A stretch of DNA of 58,056 nt from positions 3,260,040 through 3,318,095 of the forward strand of contig BFEA01000002.1 of assembly GCA_003427395.1 (NCBI GenBank), written 5' to 3'. The notes beneath the pieces are model-generated. The model ran no database searches, was not told the origin of the DNA, and saw only the letters and a list, made by a program, of their open reading frames with translations. The first letter of the stretch is position 1. Each line of letters opens with the position of its first letter. The stretch comes from Chara braunii (lineage: Eukaryota; Plantae; Charophyceae). This document shows, in pieces, positions 13,917 to 25,109 of this stretch. The position numbers and the translations under genes were made by a program.

Positions 13917-14712
13917 TTAATCGGGATAATTGGGAAGGTAGATGGGTAGCCAGATTTTATTCTTTTTTTTTCTTTTCTTAGATTTTGTTTGCAGCCACCC
14001 GGGAGGTGTATCTTTGTCTTTCCACTTCAAGTTTCCTGAATCTCTAGGTCTGTCTGCCACCTGTCATGACTTCAGTGAGCGCACCCGGAGTTTCTTTCAG
14101 GAATCTCTTGGTCAGTCTGCCACTTGTCAGCTGGTCGTATGTGGTTGTTGCACGGTAAAATTGGGTAGTCAACACTTGTTATGAGTCGAGTGAGTGCCAC
14201 CTGAATGCATAAGGAAGGAAATGAAACGAAGAAGGACATGAGTACTCGGCGGGTAGGGTCATATGTGGTTGTTTGAATGGCGAAATTGTGCGACATAAAC
14301 CCGTCATCCATGTCATGACTTCAGTGAGCGCACCTGAAGTTTCTGTCGTGAATCTTTGGGTCTGTCTGACACATGTCAGCCAGTCATGTGTGGTCGTTGA
14401 ATGACAGAGCTGGGCAACAGACGCCTGTCAAAGGCTGTCATGAGTTGAGTGTAGAGCACCCGAATAAAAGAAAAATAAGGCAGAAAAACGAATACAAAAC
14501 AGAAGCTGGCGCTCAAAAGCTCAAAACAGAATAAATAAATAAAAAAGAAGGAGAAAGTGGGGCGCAAAAGAAGGGCGAGCAAAAAAGGATAGCGAGCGGA
14601 TTGAGATCCCCTTCCTGAACCCCTGGCTCTAATAGAAACGCCCGGTCCAGAAGTCCGGATTTCTGAAAGGGGAATGGGAAGTGTGAATAGTACTGAATAC
14701 CAACTGGCCTTA

Positions 14713-14819
14713 CCCATCTTCACCCGAATAGAAACGCCCGGTCATTATCGCTGCATCTGGACCGAAAGTTGTGCCAAATACAGCTATAATGACCGGGCGT
14801 TTTATTCGGGTGAAGACGG
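14713..14819. mobile_element. Fold-back MITE flanked by TA (Tc1/mariner-like)
   Basis: TA|CCCATCTTCACCCGAATAGAAACGCCCGGTCATTAT ... ATAATGACCGGGCGTTTTATTCGGGTGAAGACGG|TA; nearly the whole element is an inverted repeat. Confidence 0.75.
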
Positions 14820-15372
14820 TAGTTCAGATGGCACCACACATATGATCTGTTGATGTTGAAACACATACCTGAGTTCGAACTCCAATGGAGTCAGATGAGT
14901 GAAAATAAGTCTGAATTTACCTTGAGCCGGTCGGTTCAAAGGTGATAGCTTGAGGCCAGCCCTCTTTAAAGGGGTGGTGGGAAGAGAAGGAATGGAGTAT
15001 GAAATTGCCACTACCATTATGATGCCCTCAAGCTTCTTGAAATGCAAATTGGGGGGTTGGGGGAGGGGGGGGGGGGGGGGGGGGGGGGAGGGATCGGGAG
15101 ACGACAGGAATTGTGAATTTGTTTGTTCATGGCATTATCCACATTTCCATCTTTTGATGCGGAGATGCAGAAAGCAGATCGATTCAATTGCAATTTTCTG
15201 CACCGCTCCACAAACACGTCCAGTTTCCTGTCTTTAATAGCGGGACCGTGGCCCTGAAGAACAATGCTGCCTTTTTCTTGTGGAAGCCTATGTCCTGTGA
15301 GCTTGCCATGTGGATTTCCCCCCCCCCCCAAACTCCCCCACCCCCACCCAAACCTTCATCCGTCGATCGTTT

Positions 15373-15567
15373 NNNNNNNNNNNNNNNNNNNNNNNNNNNN
15401 NNNNNNNNNNNNNNNNNNNNNNNNNNNNNNNNNNNNNNNNNNNNNNNNNNNNNNNNNNNNNNNNNNNNNNNNNNNNNNNNNNNNNNNNNNNNNNNNNNNN
15501 NNNNNNNNNNNNNNNNNNNNNNNNNNNNNNNNNNNNNNNNNNNNNNNNNNNNNNNNNNNNNNNNNNN
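15373..15567. other. Assembly gap
   Basis: Run of N. Confidence 0.99.
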
Positions 15568-16056
15568 CCCCCCCCCCCCCCCCCCCCCCCCCGGGTGAGC
15601 AGGACTTCAGCCCTGATTTAAGCATAGTCAGACGAGCCCTGATATTTGCACGTCATCATCGTTGTCTTGTGTTGTTCTTTTCCTTTTTTTTGGTTCTCCA
15701 TTGGGCGTGTTCATCAGTCCACGCTTGATTCCTATCTATCTCATCGCATGGGATCTTCTTTTTTGTTTTTTGTTTTTTTTTCTAATGAAAAGCCAGCACA
15801 ACGGCACTGGGGGGGGATGCCACTAGGGGGCTTTATACGAACAACCTCCCCCACTGCACGTTCCGGATGATCCGGTGTATTGGTGGGGAGCCGCACCTGC
15901 TGGAAAGCGAGTCCATTGCATGGGATCGAACCGAAGATCTTTGGCATAAGTGCATAACTGGGACACTGTGTTGAAACGTGGAGCCATGCCAGCTGCGACA
16001 ACCAGCCCACTCACCCACGCACGGTCACTGCACCATTAAAAGAAATAATAATAATC

Positions 16057-16412
16057 AGGGATAATTTGTAAAATGCCCCCGTAAGTTAGAGATCTGTGCC
16101 GAAATTCCGCTGAAAGGTGTGGGTAGAGCGGAATGCCCTTTTGGCGCCCATGTTTGTGTTATGCCCGTCAGGCCAGTGCGCAATTTTGCAATCTGGACCT
16201 AGCCATTTGGGCCTTGGCATTTTGCAATTGGGCCTTGGAAAAGCTGGCGAGTATCAGGGCATTTTGCCAATATTCCAGAGATGGGGGGTCCCCCGGGCCA
16301 GGTCACAAGAGTTTTTTTTTTTTTGTCATAGGGGCATTCCGCGCTATTCTTATCTTTTACGCTCATTTGGGCATACACCTGACCTTATGGGGGTATTTTC
16401 CAAATTATCCCT
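16057..16412. mobile_element. Mutator-like (MULE) MITE with 10-bp TSD
   Basis: TIR AGGGATAATTTGTAAAATGCCCCCGTAAG / CTTATGGGGGTATTTTCCAAATTATCCCT, with AATAATAATC on both sides (16047-16056 and 16413-16422). Confidence 0.85.
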
Positions 16413-16631
16413 AATAATAATCGCACCACTCCCGATCCACCTGCAGGCAGTGGCAGGGCCAGTGCGGCATGATTTTCTGCATAAGTATTCTTCCAGACAG
16501 TCTGACAGCGACCAGCACAGCGTGAGTCGAACTGCCAGCAGCAGAACTGTTTACACAGAAATCACATCGTGCCACATTGATCAATCCCCTTCCCCGCCCT
16601 CCCCGCAACCCACTCAAAATACACGCTCACA

Positions 16632-16668
<37 letters not shown>

Positions 16669-16671
16669 ACC

Positions 16672-16993
16672 CTGATGAGGCGGTGGAAGTCTAACGAAAC
16701 AGTTGGGTTGTGTATAGCGCACCTCCTGAGGAGTCTAGTTGTTTTAGCAGTTTTGACTGTATCTTTTGGAGTTACAGGATATTCTTTACCTTGGGATCAA
16801 ATTGGTTATTGGGCAGTAAAAATTGTGACTGGTGTACCGGAAGCAATTCCTATAGTAGGATCGTCATTAGTAGAATTGCTTCGTGGAAGCGTGAGTGTTG
16901 GACAATCAACTTCAGTTGGGTTGTGTATAGCGCACCTTGTGAGGAGTCTTTCTTCTTTGTTTTCCTATCGAGGTTTACGAAACAGTCCGTCAC
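16672..16993 (+). ncRNA. Scrambled remnants of the hammerhead-bearing repeat surrounding the petB insert
   Basis: CTGATGA-GGCGG-TGGAAGT-CTAAC-GAAA-CAGTT at 16672-16704, CCTC-CTGAGGA at 16722-16732, CTATCGAGG at 16965-16973 and GAAACAGTCCGTCAC at 16979-16993 each match parts of the copies at 29370 and 30233. Confidence 0.55.
16737..16912 (+). pseudogene. petB: Plastid-derived petB (cytochrome b6) fragment (NUPT)
   Basis: Translates to [58 protein letters not shown] with AT-rich plastid-like codons. Flanked by a 37-bp direct repeat (16700-16736 and 16913-16949, 2 mismatches). Confidence 0.96.
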
Positions 16994-17404
16994 CGACAAC
17001 CTTTCTTTGTGGAGTGGTGTTCAGCCATGGATTCGAGTTTGAAAGAAACAAGAAAAGAACTGTGAAAGAAAGAAGGGGGACTCCTCCCCCCCCCTCCCCC
17101 AAGAAAAAAAAAAAAAAAAAAGGCAGGGGGCAGAGGGAGGGGGTGGCTCCCACATGGATGAGTCAGACATGCTGGGTACCCTTTCACACGATTAGTTTTA
17201 TGGCTGCAGGTCCAAGTCGACAGCTGGCAAATACGTTGCAAAAAAAATACTGGCTCAAGTTTTTTTTTTCTCTTTTTTTTTTAGCTCTCTTCTCCTGGCT
17301 GTAGTTGCAAGCAGGGAGGATCAGAAAAAAGAAAAAAGAAAAAAAAAGGAGGATCTAATATCTTTCCTTTATGGCAGTCTGCCCACCGTGGAATCGGATC
17401 AAGA

Positions 17405-17897
17405 AGGATCTAATATCTTTCTTTTATGCCGCGGCCCGGCCACCCTGGAATCCGATCAACCAGACATAGGGTGCAGACAAAAAAGAAAAGGAAAAAAAAA
17501 AAAAAGAGGAGGATCTAATATTATGTACTATGTAGTCCATTATATAGGGGCGCCCTCCACCACAGAACCTTCCACACGTATCTGCGCTGCTTCGTAGGCC
17601 ACATACTTTTGGACTGACCCAACATTTTGAGTGTATCGGGACCACAGCATCGGATCAAGGAGGATCTAATATCTTTCCTTTATGGCGGCCCGCCCACCCT
17701 GGAATCGGATCAACCGGACATAGGGTGCAGACAAGAAAAAAAAAAAAAAAAAAAAAAAAAGGGAGGATCTAATATTATGGTGTCCATTAGATAGGGCCGC
17801 CCTCCACCACAGAACCTTCCACAGGTATCTGTGCTGCTTCGTAGGCCACATACTTTTGGACTGACCCAATATTTTGAGTGTATCGGGACCACAGCAG
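17405..17897. repeat. ~250-bp tandem duplication with an internal GGAGGATCTAATAT sub-repeat
   Basis: 17405-17650 is repeated at about 17660-17897. Confidence 0.8.
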
Positions 17898-18626
17898 GCC
17901 CAGATAAATTTGGAGTCTTGTGTAGTGGAAGGACGGCCGTATCCATGTGGATCATGATGACGTGGAACGGCCTGTTTATACTCTGTGGGTTTTTTTTTTT
18001 TTTTTTTTTTGGCGGTACTCTGTGGGGTTATGGATGTGCGTGCAAATGACAAGGGAAAAAATACCTTAAAAAAAGACAAAGCACAAAGTTCAGCAAACTA
18101 AAGAGGGATTTTGTCCAACAGGCCTAGCTCAGGTGGTACACTTACGAACTGTTGAAAATTGAAATGCAGATCTGAGTTCGAATTCCAGTGGTGGATTTTT
18201 TGCACACGTTTCGAAAGACAAAGGATGAGCTCAAAAGGGGTTTGCACAGTGCTGAGTCTGCTGACGATGCAAAACCTAAACCGCTACACCATGACTGTCT
18301 GCACATGCCGGTGTGGGGGGGGGGGGGGGGGGGGTTGGTTGGGAGCGTAATCTGTAAGGGTTATCTTTCCACTGCCTTCTGTCTGGTCTGGCTGTGATGT
18401 GGTTTAGCCGCACAGAAGATTGCTCAGGGTCCTGGGCTGGATGCTCTTGGGGGATATAAGAGAGCAAGGCATTCTTTTCTTTTTCTTTATGTTTTTCTTG
18501 AAGGTCGTATGATCATCGAATTAACCAGCCCCGGGTGATTCAGAGTTATTTCATTCTTTGTTAATAAATTACAAAAAAATCCGTTCTTAAAATTACAAAA
18601 AAATCCGTTCTTAAAATTACAACAAC

Positions 18627-18720
18627 AAAAAAAAGTTTTCATTCATCTGATTCCATCAGGATTGAACTCCGGTCTGTTTATCAGCAGTTCATTGGCGTAC
18701 CATTCAGCGTCACAGGCTGG
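18627..18720 (-). ncRNA. tRNA-derived (SINE-head-like) Pol III unit
   Basis: Minus strand has an A-box-like GACGCTGAATGG, a B-box-like GGAGTTCAATCC and a T8 run ~25 nt downstream. No convincing cloverleaf. Confidence 0.5.
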
Positions 18721-18790
18721 GTCAGGGGCGACGTTTTACCTCCAGTCTCACCTTTGTTGTTGAGTTAACGGTCCAATCTGGGGGTAGAAC

Positions 18791-18854
18791 CCAGCTCATG
18801 TGGCTGGATGGTACACCCATACAACTGTCGATAAACAGATCAGGAGTTCGAACC
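18791..18854 (+). ncRNA. tRNA-derived (SINE-head-like) element, inverted partner of 18627-18720
   Basis: A-box-like TGGCTGGATGG and B-box-like GGAGTTCGAACC; shares the GATAAACAGA linker with the minus-strand copy. Confidence 0.5.
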
Positions 18855-21301
18855 GTGCTAAACCAGACCAGACAACACAGTGGGGGTTCAAACTACCACC
18901 TGATACGAGGCACCCAACCATTGCTAAAAGCTATGCCTGGCGCCCGACCATTTTGTGAAGACATTTGCAGCCTTCTGGCTGTCATCTCCGTGGTTGGCCA
19001 TTCCACTTAGTACCACGTGGCTTCTGGCTTGGCCATGAGCCCCGCCCCACGTCATGCAGATAGTTGACGAGGCAGAGACTGGGAGCTGGTCTATTGGTGG
19101 GAGGAGTGGGAGTATAATCACCGCAACGACGTGGTCACGTGCGGCGTACAAGGGAGCAACAACAACGATTTCCAGCTACCAAGCAGCTATGGCAATCTTG
19201 GACTGCATGAATGGCGCCCTCCATTAACAGCAGGGTATCTTCTTTCGTATATGAAGCGGTGGTCCTGCTTTGAAGGCAGCTGGAGGGTTGGTCGGCAGCC
19301 AAGCGGCAGCAAAGAAACTATGTCTGCTTCACAGACTGCTTCATCGACGAGGAGGTTGGTGAACAGCTGGCTGGATGCAACGGAGGAGGCATCGGACACA
19401 ATCCTGTTTCGATACATGATCACAACTCCACATGGTCATAGGTAACTGCAGGTGTAAGGTAGTGCTGGACAATGTCGGATGGGCATAGGATATTGTGGGG
19501 GGGACTGATGTGTTTTGTTAGAAATGATGTCTGCAGAGGAATGACGGTGGCGGGTAGGGATGCAGGGTGGAAGATGGGGATGGTTGTCCGCTCTGTGTTC
19601 CTGAGGAAGGCGTAAGCGGCGAGACGCAGGACGAGGAGGGGTTAGATGCCTGTCCTATCCCGCCTGCCGTTCAGCTTCTTCCGTCCTTTCCTCAGCTCCC
19701 TTCCTCTTTCCCATCCTCTGTGCCACTGATTGGTCGTTGTGCTAATTTTGGTAGTGTGCCAGATGGTAGCTACTAGAATAAAGACTATGTTGAAACTGAC
19801 TCCTCTATGGTGCTTAAAAGAGGGTTACACCAGAGGGAGTCGGCCATTGCTAGAATGAAGAACACGAGTTCGAACGCACAGGTAAGGACCACGTTCACCT
19901 ACATTCATCATTATTATTATTATTTTCGTTTTTTTTTTACAATATGTTAGTAAGAAGTGCACTCTACAGATTGGTGTAAAGTATGGTTAAAATGACCCTT
20001 TGGTTTTCTTATAAATGAGGGTGAAAATTGGGGGGTCGGTTAACCTTCTCTCATTCATCAGTGATCAGGGGTGGCTTGGAGAACCACCCTTTGACGGGGG
20101 AGTAAACACCACCATGCTAATCATGACAGTGGGCTGCAAGGTGGGGATAGGATTCATAGCGGTCGGACGGGTTACCTTGTCTTTGGCTTTCTGGTCCGTC
20201 TCGATTCAAGTTACACATGACGGAGGTTAGAAAGCAGGACACTTCATTTAACCACCAGGGTGGACGGGAAGAGAGGGTGGTGGGGCACGGGGCAGGGAGT
20301 AGGCGAGGGTGAGGGTTGTTAAATAGGAGGGCGAGCCTTGTTAAACAGGGGTCATGGGGTGGCTGAGAGAAGGGGTTGGTTTGTAGGCGAGGGCGAGGCT
20401 TGTTAAACAGGAGGCCCTGTGTCATGTACAATGAAGGCATTGTTCGCAGGAGGCCTGTTAAACAGGAGGGCCAGTATATATGGTCCCCACCTCGGGAGAG
20501 GCGGTTAACGGAGACCCAAAAAACTGATTTCAGCAATGAAAACATTTTACCCCATTAACCACTGGTGCACGTCGGGCGGGGGTTCACACAACAACAAACA
20601 ACAAGTGAGGTGGAGTAGTGGGTGGCCTTGAAGATTTATCACCTTGCCCCCTGCATAGAACTCCGACAAAGATAGGAGGCGACACCTTGTCAATCGATGG
20701 GGGTTGTCGGCTGCTGTTATCCTCGTTGATCCTATCCTGCAGGGAGAGGGACGCAGTTTGCTACGAGGGCATTTTCTCCTTACAGATTTATTGAACGCAA
20801 TTCACTGTTCCCGGATCAAGCGGTTGGGTGAGTTCCAATTGGCTTACAAAACAACAACAACAACAACAAGATGGGTGAAGGTATGGATGGTCTCGAAGAC
20901 TGTCTCCACCCTTCAGAAGTTTTTTCAACTAAATGCAGTGAATCAGTAGGTACTACTAGGTAATGTATGGCCGAGGTACTGGTGATTTAACCACTCCATT
21001 GGAATGAAGTAGCTGTGAAAGGTACTGATGGTGGACGCGGGGAGACAAAGGCAGCGATCCTCGTCCACTTCGTCAGCAGACCTATATTGGAATTTGGAAC
21101 TGTTATCTTGATGGGGCGCTGGCTCCGGTTGCCAGCAGCGGTGGCTCCCCACCAATTGACAGAGGCACAGGAACATCAGACTGGATTCCTCAGACAGGCA
21201 GGGTGTTAATTCTACTCTCTACTCTTAATATCATGGTCTCATGTTATGATTTGATTGCCGTGTATTTAGCCATCGCACTTCCCCCGGAGTATGAGCTTTA
21301 A

Positions 21302-21702
21302 ACCACCAGTACCTTTCCCAGCTATCAAGTCCGAGCCTCCCACTACCGGTATGCCAAGCCTTGCAGAGGCTAGTGCTACCGGTAGCAGGAAAGTCATCCT
21401 TTTCCATTTAAAAAAAAAAGGGGGAAATTTGTCTGGCACCCCTGTAATTTTCATTATTTAAACTATTTTGCGTCGCGCCCCTCCCACGGCCGATTTACCC
21501 TGTCGCTCCCCTCTGACCACGATTCAAATTTCCCATAAAACCTCGGTGTCGTTTGGGCCTGAAATATTTTTGTTATGCCCCTACCGGTACCCGTTCCAAA
21601 TTGGCAGTTCGCGCCTAACCAGCACCAAAAAATCCATATGCCCCTACCGGTAGGGTGCATCTTTTCAGCACGTCTATGACTACGCGCATGGCAACCACTT
21701 CN

Positions 21703-21794
<92 letters not shown>

Positions 21795-21982
21795 GAATCT
21801 TCCCCCACGCAGTTCGTCTTTCTTTGTTTTTCATTAGTTTTCTTCGTTCTTTCCTATTTTTTCCGTTTTTCAGGAAAATTTTTTGTTTCCCGGTCCTTGG
21901 GTAGCGACCGCGTTCCCTGGCGTGACCTTCCATGTTTAACTGCCACGGAATATATTTTCAAGCGGGAAAAGGTTCTGGTGGT
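21302..21982. mobile_element. 681-bp non-autonomous TTAA-flanked element, same TIR family as 13768-13916
   Basis: TTAA|ACCACCAGTACCTTTCCC ... GGGAAAAGGTTCTGGTGGT|TTAA; contains a (CT)n run. Confidence 0.75.
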
Positions 21983-24170
21983 TTAAATCACAAGTCCTTT
22001 TCCCAGCCATTTTTCTAAGAGGCACTGTGCATGCAGCTGTGTTGGGTGGGATGTACCGCTGGAATCCCATCCATCTAGGCAGAACGGGTCTCATGCAAGA
22101 CCCGCTTTGCCTGGATGGATTTCCAACGAAACAGCACCCGGGACATCCCTCCCGATGCGGCGGCGGGTCCTAGAAAAATAGATGGAAAATGCCCTCTGGT
22201 GGTTTAACAGGGGCTTGCCTTACCATGCTGACATGGCAGGTGGCACCAGGCAAGGAAAAAAACATTTTGCGCCAATGTTGGTTCACTCTTGTTTGGCTTG
22301 CATCAGCAATCCGGGTTGGCATAGAGATGCTTGGAGGGAGTAGTGGTTTAAACTGAAAAATAAAAAACCCGGCGGTCATCGGAGGCCGTGAGAGGCAGTA
22401 GCGGTTGCATGCCTGCCTTCCACTATGCCTGCAGAGCTGCCGCACAGGAAGACATCCCACTTGCAGTTTACTGATAAGGGATACTGTCTGTGCATAATGA
22501 ACACCTTTGAGTCTGCGCCATTATTTCTTTTATCTGGAAGTTCGCAGAGTTGGAAACAAACATAGGAAACACATCGTTGGTGTGGACAATCTAGAGATAG
22601 GTTTCGTAGGGATCTCTAAGCTCACATTTAGTTAAAAGCAAGTCGACTTTGTAGATGTCCATTGCTCCACAGGCTGTTGCGAAACATCTGCCAACGCAGC
22701 ACCGCCAAAAGGGGTGAGGTCCACTTGCACGATTTACGAGATACGGCCGATAGATAACGACGAGCACTGGTCGATATCCGTTCATCTGTGTCAGTGGGAC
22801 TTTGTCTGGGCAGTGAAGTCCCCACAAAATCCTCTCTGATGCTGTTATGTGAAGTTCCAAATGGCCGATATAATTGTGGAAAAAGAAGGAAAAGTGTAAT
22901 CATGATCTGTAGTCTAAACCTTTTAAGGGCATATTCGCAAAAAGGGTTTTCGGGAACATATGCGAAGGTATTCATACCTAGATTCAGTTAAGAAAAGCAT
23001 CGAGTGAGAAGGGTCCTCACGCATGGGGGCCGCCGCACGACTTGCAAAACAAAAACAAAATGTGGGTGCATCTTTCCACAAAATGTGGCTATATACATCC
23101 GTTTAAGCACCGGATGTATATTGCCACCTTCTTCGGGAAGATGAAACGGAACCAACCTCTTTCGTTTTGTGAGTAGTGTGGTCAGGCCCTATCTGTCACC
23201 GACAGCGGATACTTTTCTGGTAATTACGGATTGAAACGGAACCGGGTTGCAGCCTTCCTTCTTCTGCTTCTTCTGCTTCTTCTGCTTCTTCTTCTACTAC
23301 TTTTAGGCTATAGCCTTCCAGCATGGAAAGGGGCCTTGGCAGATAAAAACAAAGTTCTTTTTCTGCAGGTGGGTTTTGAATGATATGATTATCACTGGTC
23401 TTTCAGCATGGTCAAGTTCAAAAAAAGAAAAGAAAAGGAAAAAAGAAAAGCAGTTACTTCTCAAGAGAGATTCGGAGGAAAAAAAAAGAGAGAAAGAAAG
23501 AAAAAAAAAGAGAGAGAACAACATTTTTCTGCAGGTGAGTTTTGGATGATATGAGATTATCACAGGTCTTTCAGCCAAGTGGGCTTCTGCTCCCCTATGC
23601 CTGATTGGCTGGAAAAGGAGGAGCACGGTGGGGGGAAAGGGAAGGAGGAGGCTAGAACTCCTCTACCCGGAAAAAGAAGGGAAAAAAGGAAAAGATCAGG
23701 GTGGGACCATACCTCACGTGGTAGAAGAATATAAGGGTGTACCGACTAGTACGATCTTCCCTACAACACAACACAATCTGATCATTCATGTTTGTTTACA
23801 AGCAATGTTTCCGTCTTATACAGTCATCACGAGGGTGTGTCATAATGGGGGTGAGTTGTGGTCAGGCAAAGACTGTAGGCCCTTCGACCAGGCTCCTGCA
23901 CATGGCTTCACACCTGGGGCGAGGCCAACCGGATTTCTCCTTTTTGGTTGTCGATGGCGAGAATGAATCCCGCAAGGTGGCACACAGGTCGTTGATGGCG
24001 AGAAACGACCGTCTTCCCCTTTGAACACAACGGACCCTTATTTTGCCTGTACCTGACAAGAAATATAGCTTGTATACATTCATTATCAGGGCGCGTTATG
24101 TTCCAGGGAAAGCGGTAGGAATTCCATTACAGTGGACATAACTCTGTGAGCATGCCGGTGAGTACTGTCT

Positions 24171-24223
<53 letters not shown>

Positions 24224-24527
24224 NNNNNNNNNNNNNNNNNNNNNNNNNNNNNNNNNNNNNNNNNNNNNNNNNNNNNNNNNNNNNNNNNNNNNNNNNNNNN
24301 NNNNNNNNNNNNNNNNNNNNNNNNNNNNNNNNNNNNNNNNNNNNNNNNNNNNNNNNNNNNNNNNNNNNNNNNNNNNNNNNNNNNNNNNNNNNNNNNNNNN
24401 NNNNNNNNNNNNNNNNNNNNNNNNNNNNNNNNNNNNNNNNNNNNNNNNNNNNNNNNNNNNNNNNNNNNNNNNNNNNNNNNNNNNNNNNNNNNNNNNNNNN
24501 NNNNNNNNNNNNNNNNNNNNNNNNNNN
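24224..24527. other. Assembly gap next to (CT)n
   Basis: Run of N. Confidence 0.99.
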
Positions 24528-25109
24528 AGGCTGGTGAGGATCTTCTTCTTTCTTTTTTGTTTGTCTTTCTTCTCTTTTTCTTTGCGTTTGATTTCCTCTT
24601 AGAGGTGAACCCCACAGGTTTGCAGCGAAAGGCTGGAAACCGACCGGCCTTTCCAGGATTTAGCTGTCGGGGGAAACAACCAATTTTTTGAAAGAAGACC
24701 CCACCCCCCCGCGCAATGAGGCGGGGCCGAAGGGTTTGCTGTCCGCATTAGGAAGACTTTCCTTTTGTGTCATTGCAAATTCCATTTAAGGATTGTACCT
24801 GGACAATAGCGGGCGGCGCACAGTGCCGCTTGGTACCGGGTCCGCAGCCCAGTTTTGACAAGTGGCCCATCTTTTGTTCTTTTTGTAATTTGGGCCCACA
24901 GCACATTGTCCCACAAATGTTCCGACGCGAAATGACCAGATCCGGTTTCCCGAAGGGTTCGTCTGCTCACCCCATTTGCCACCACTGCAGCATCTCCGCC
25001 GCCATCTCTCTCCATCTTCTTCTTTGTGTGTCCTTTGTTGTCAATCACTTCTGCAGTCTCAGGGACAGTGGCGGGCATGGATTGCTTGCAAGCGGGCGGT
25101 CCGCGTGGG

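Noticed and set aside
16700-16949. 37-bp repeat, foreign spacer, 37-bp repeat resembling a CRISPR unit
   Set aside because: Only two repeats, a 176-bp spacer, no cas genes and a eukaryotic context; better explained as an insertion-associated duplication.
16117-17304. 395-aa ORF containing cytochrome b6 sequence
   Set aside because: A chance read-through of a MULE MITE, a CA microsatellite, hammerhead remnants, the petB fragment and poly-A; not a coherent gene.
19597-19632. Minimal type I (Penelope-like) hammerhead: GTTC-CTGAGGA...GAGA-CGCA-GGAC
   Set aside because: Requires repairing GAAA and the NUH site, stem II is poor, and there is only one copy; could be chance.
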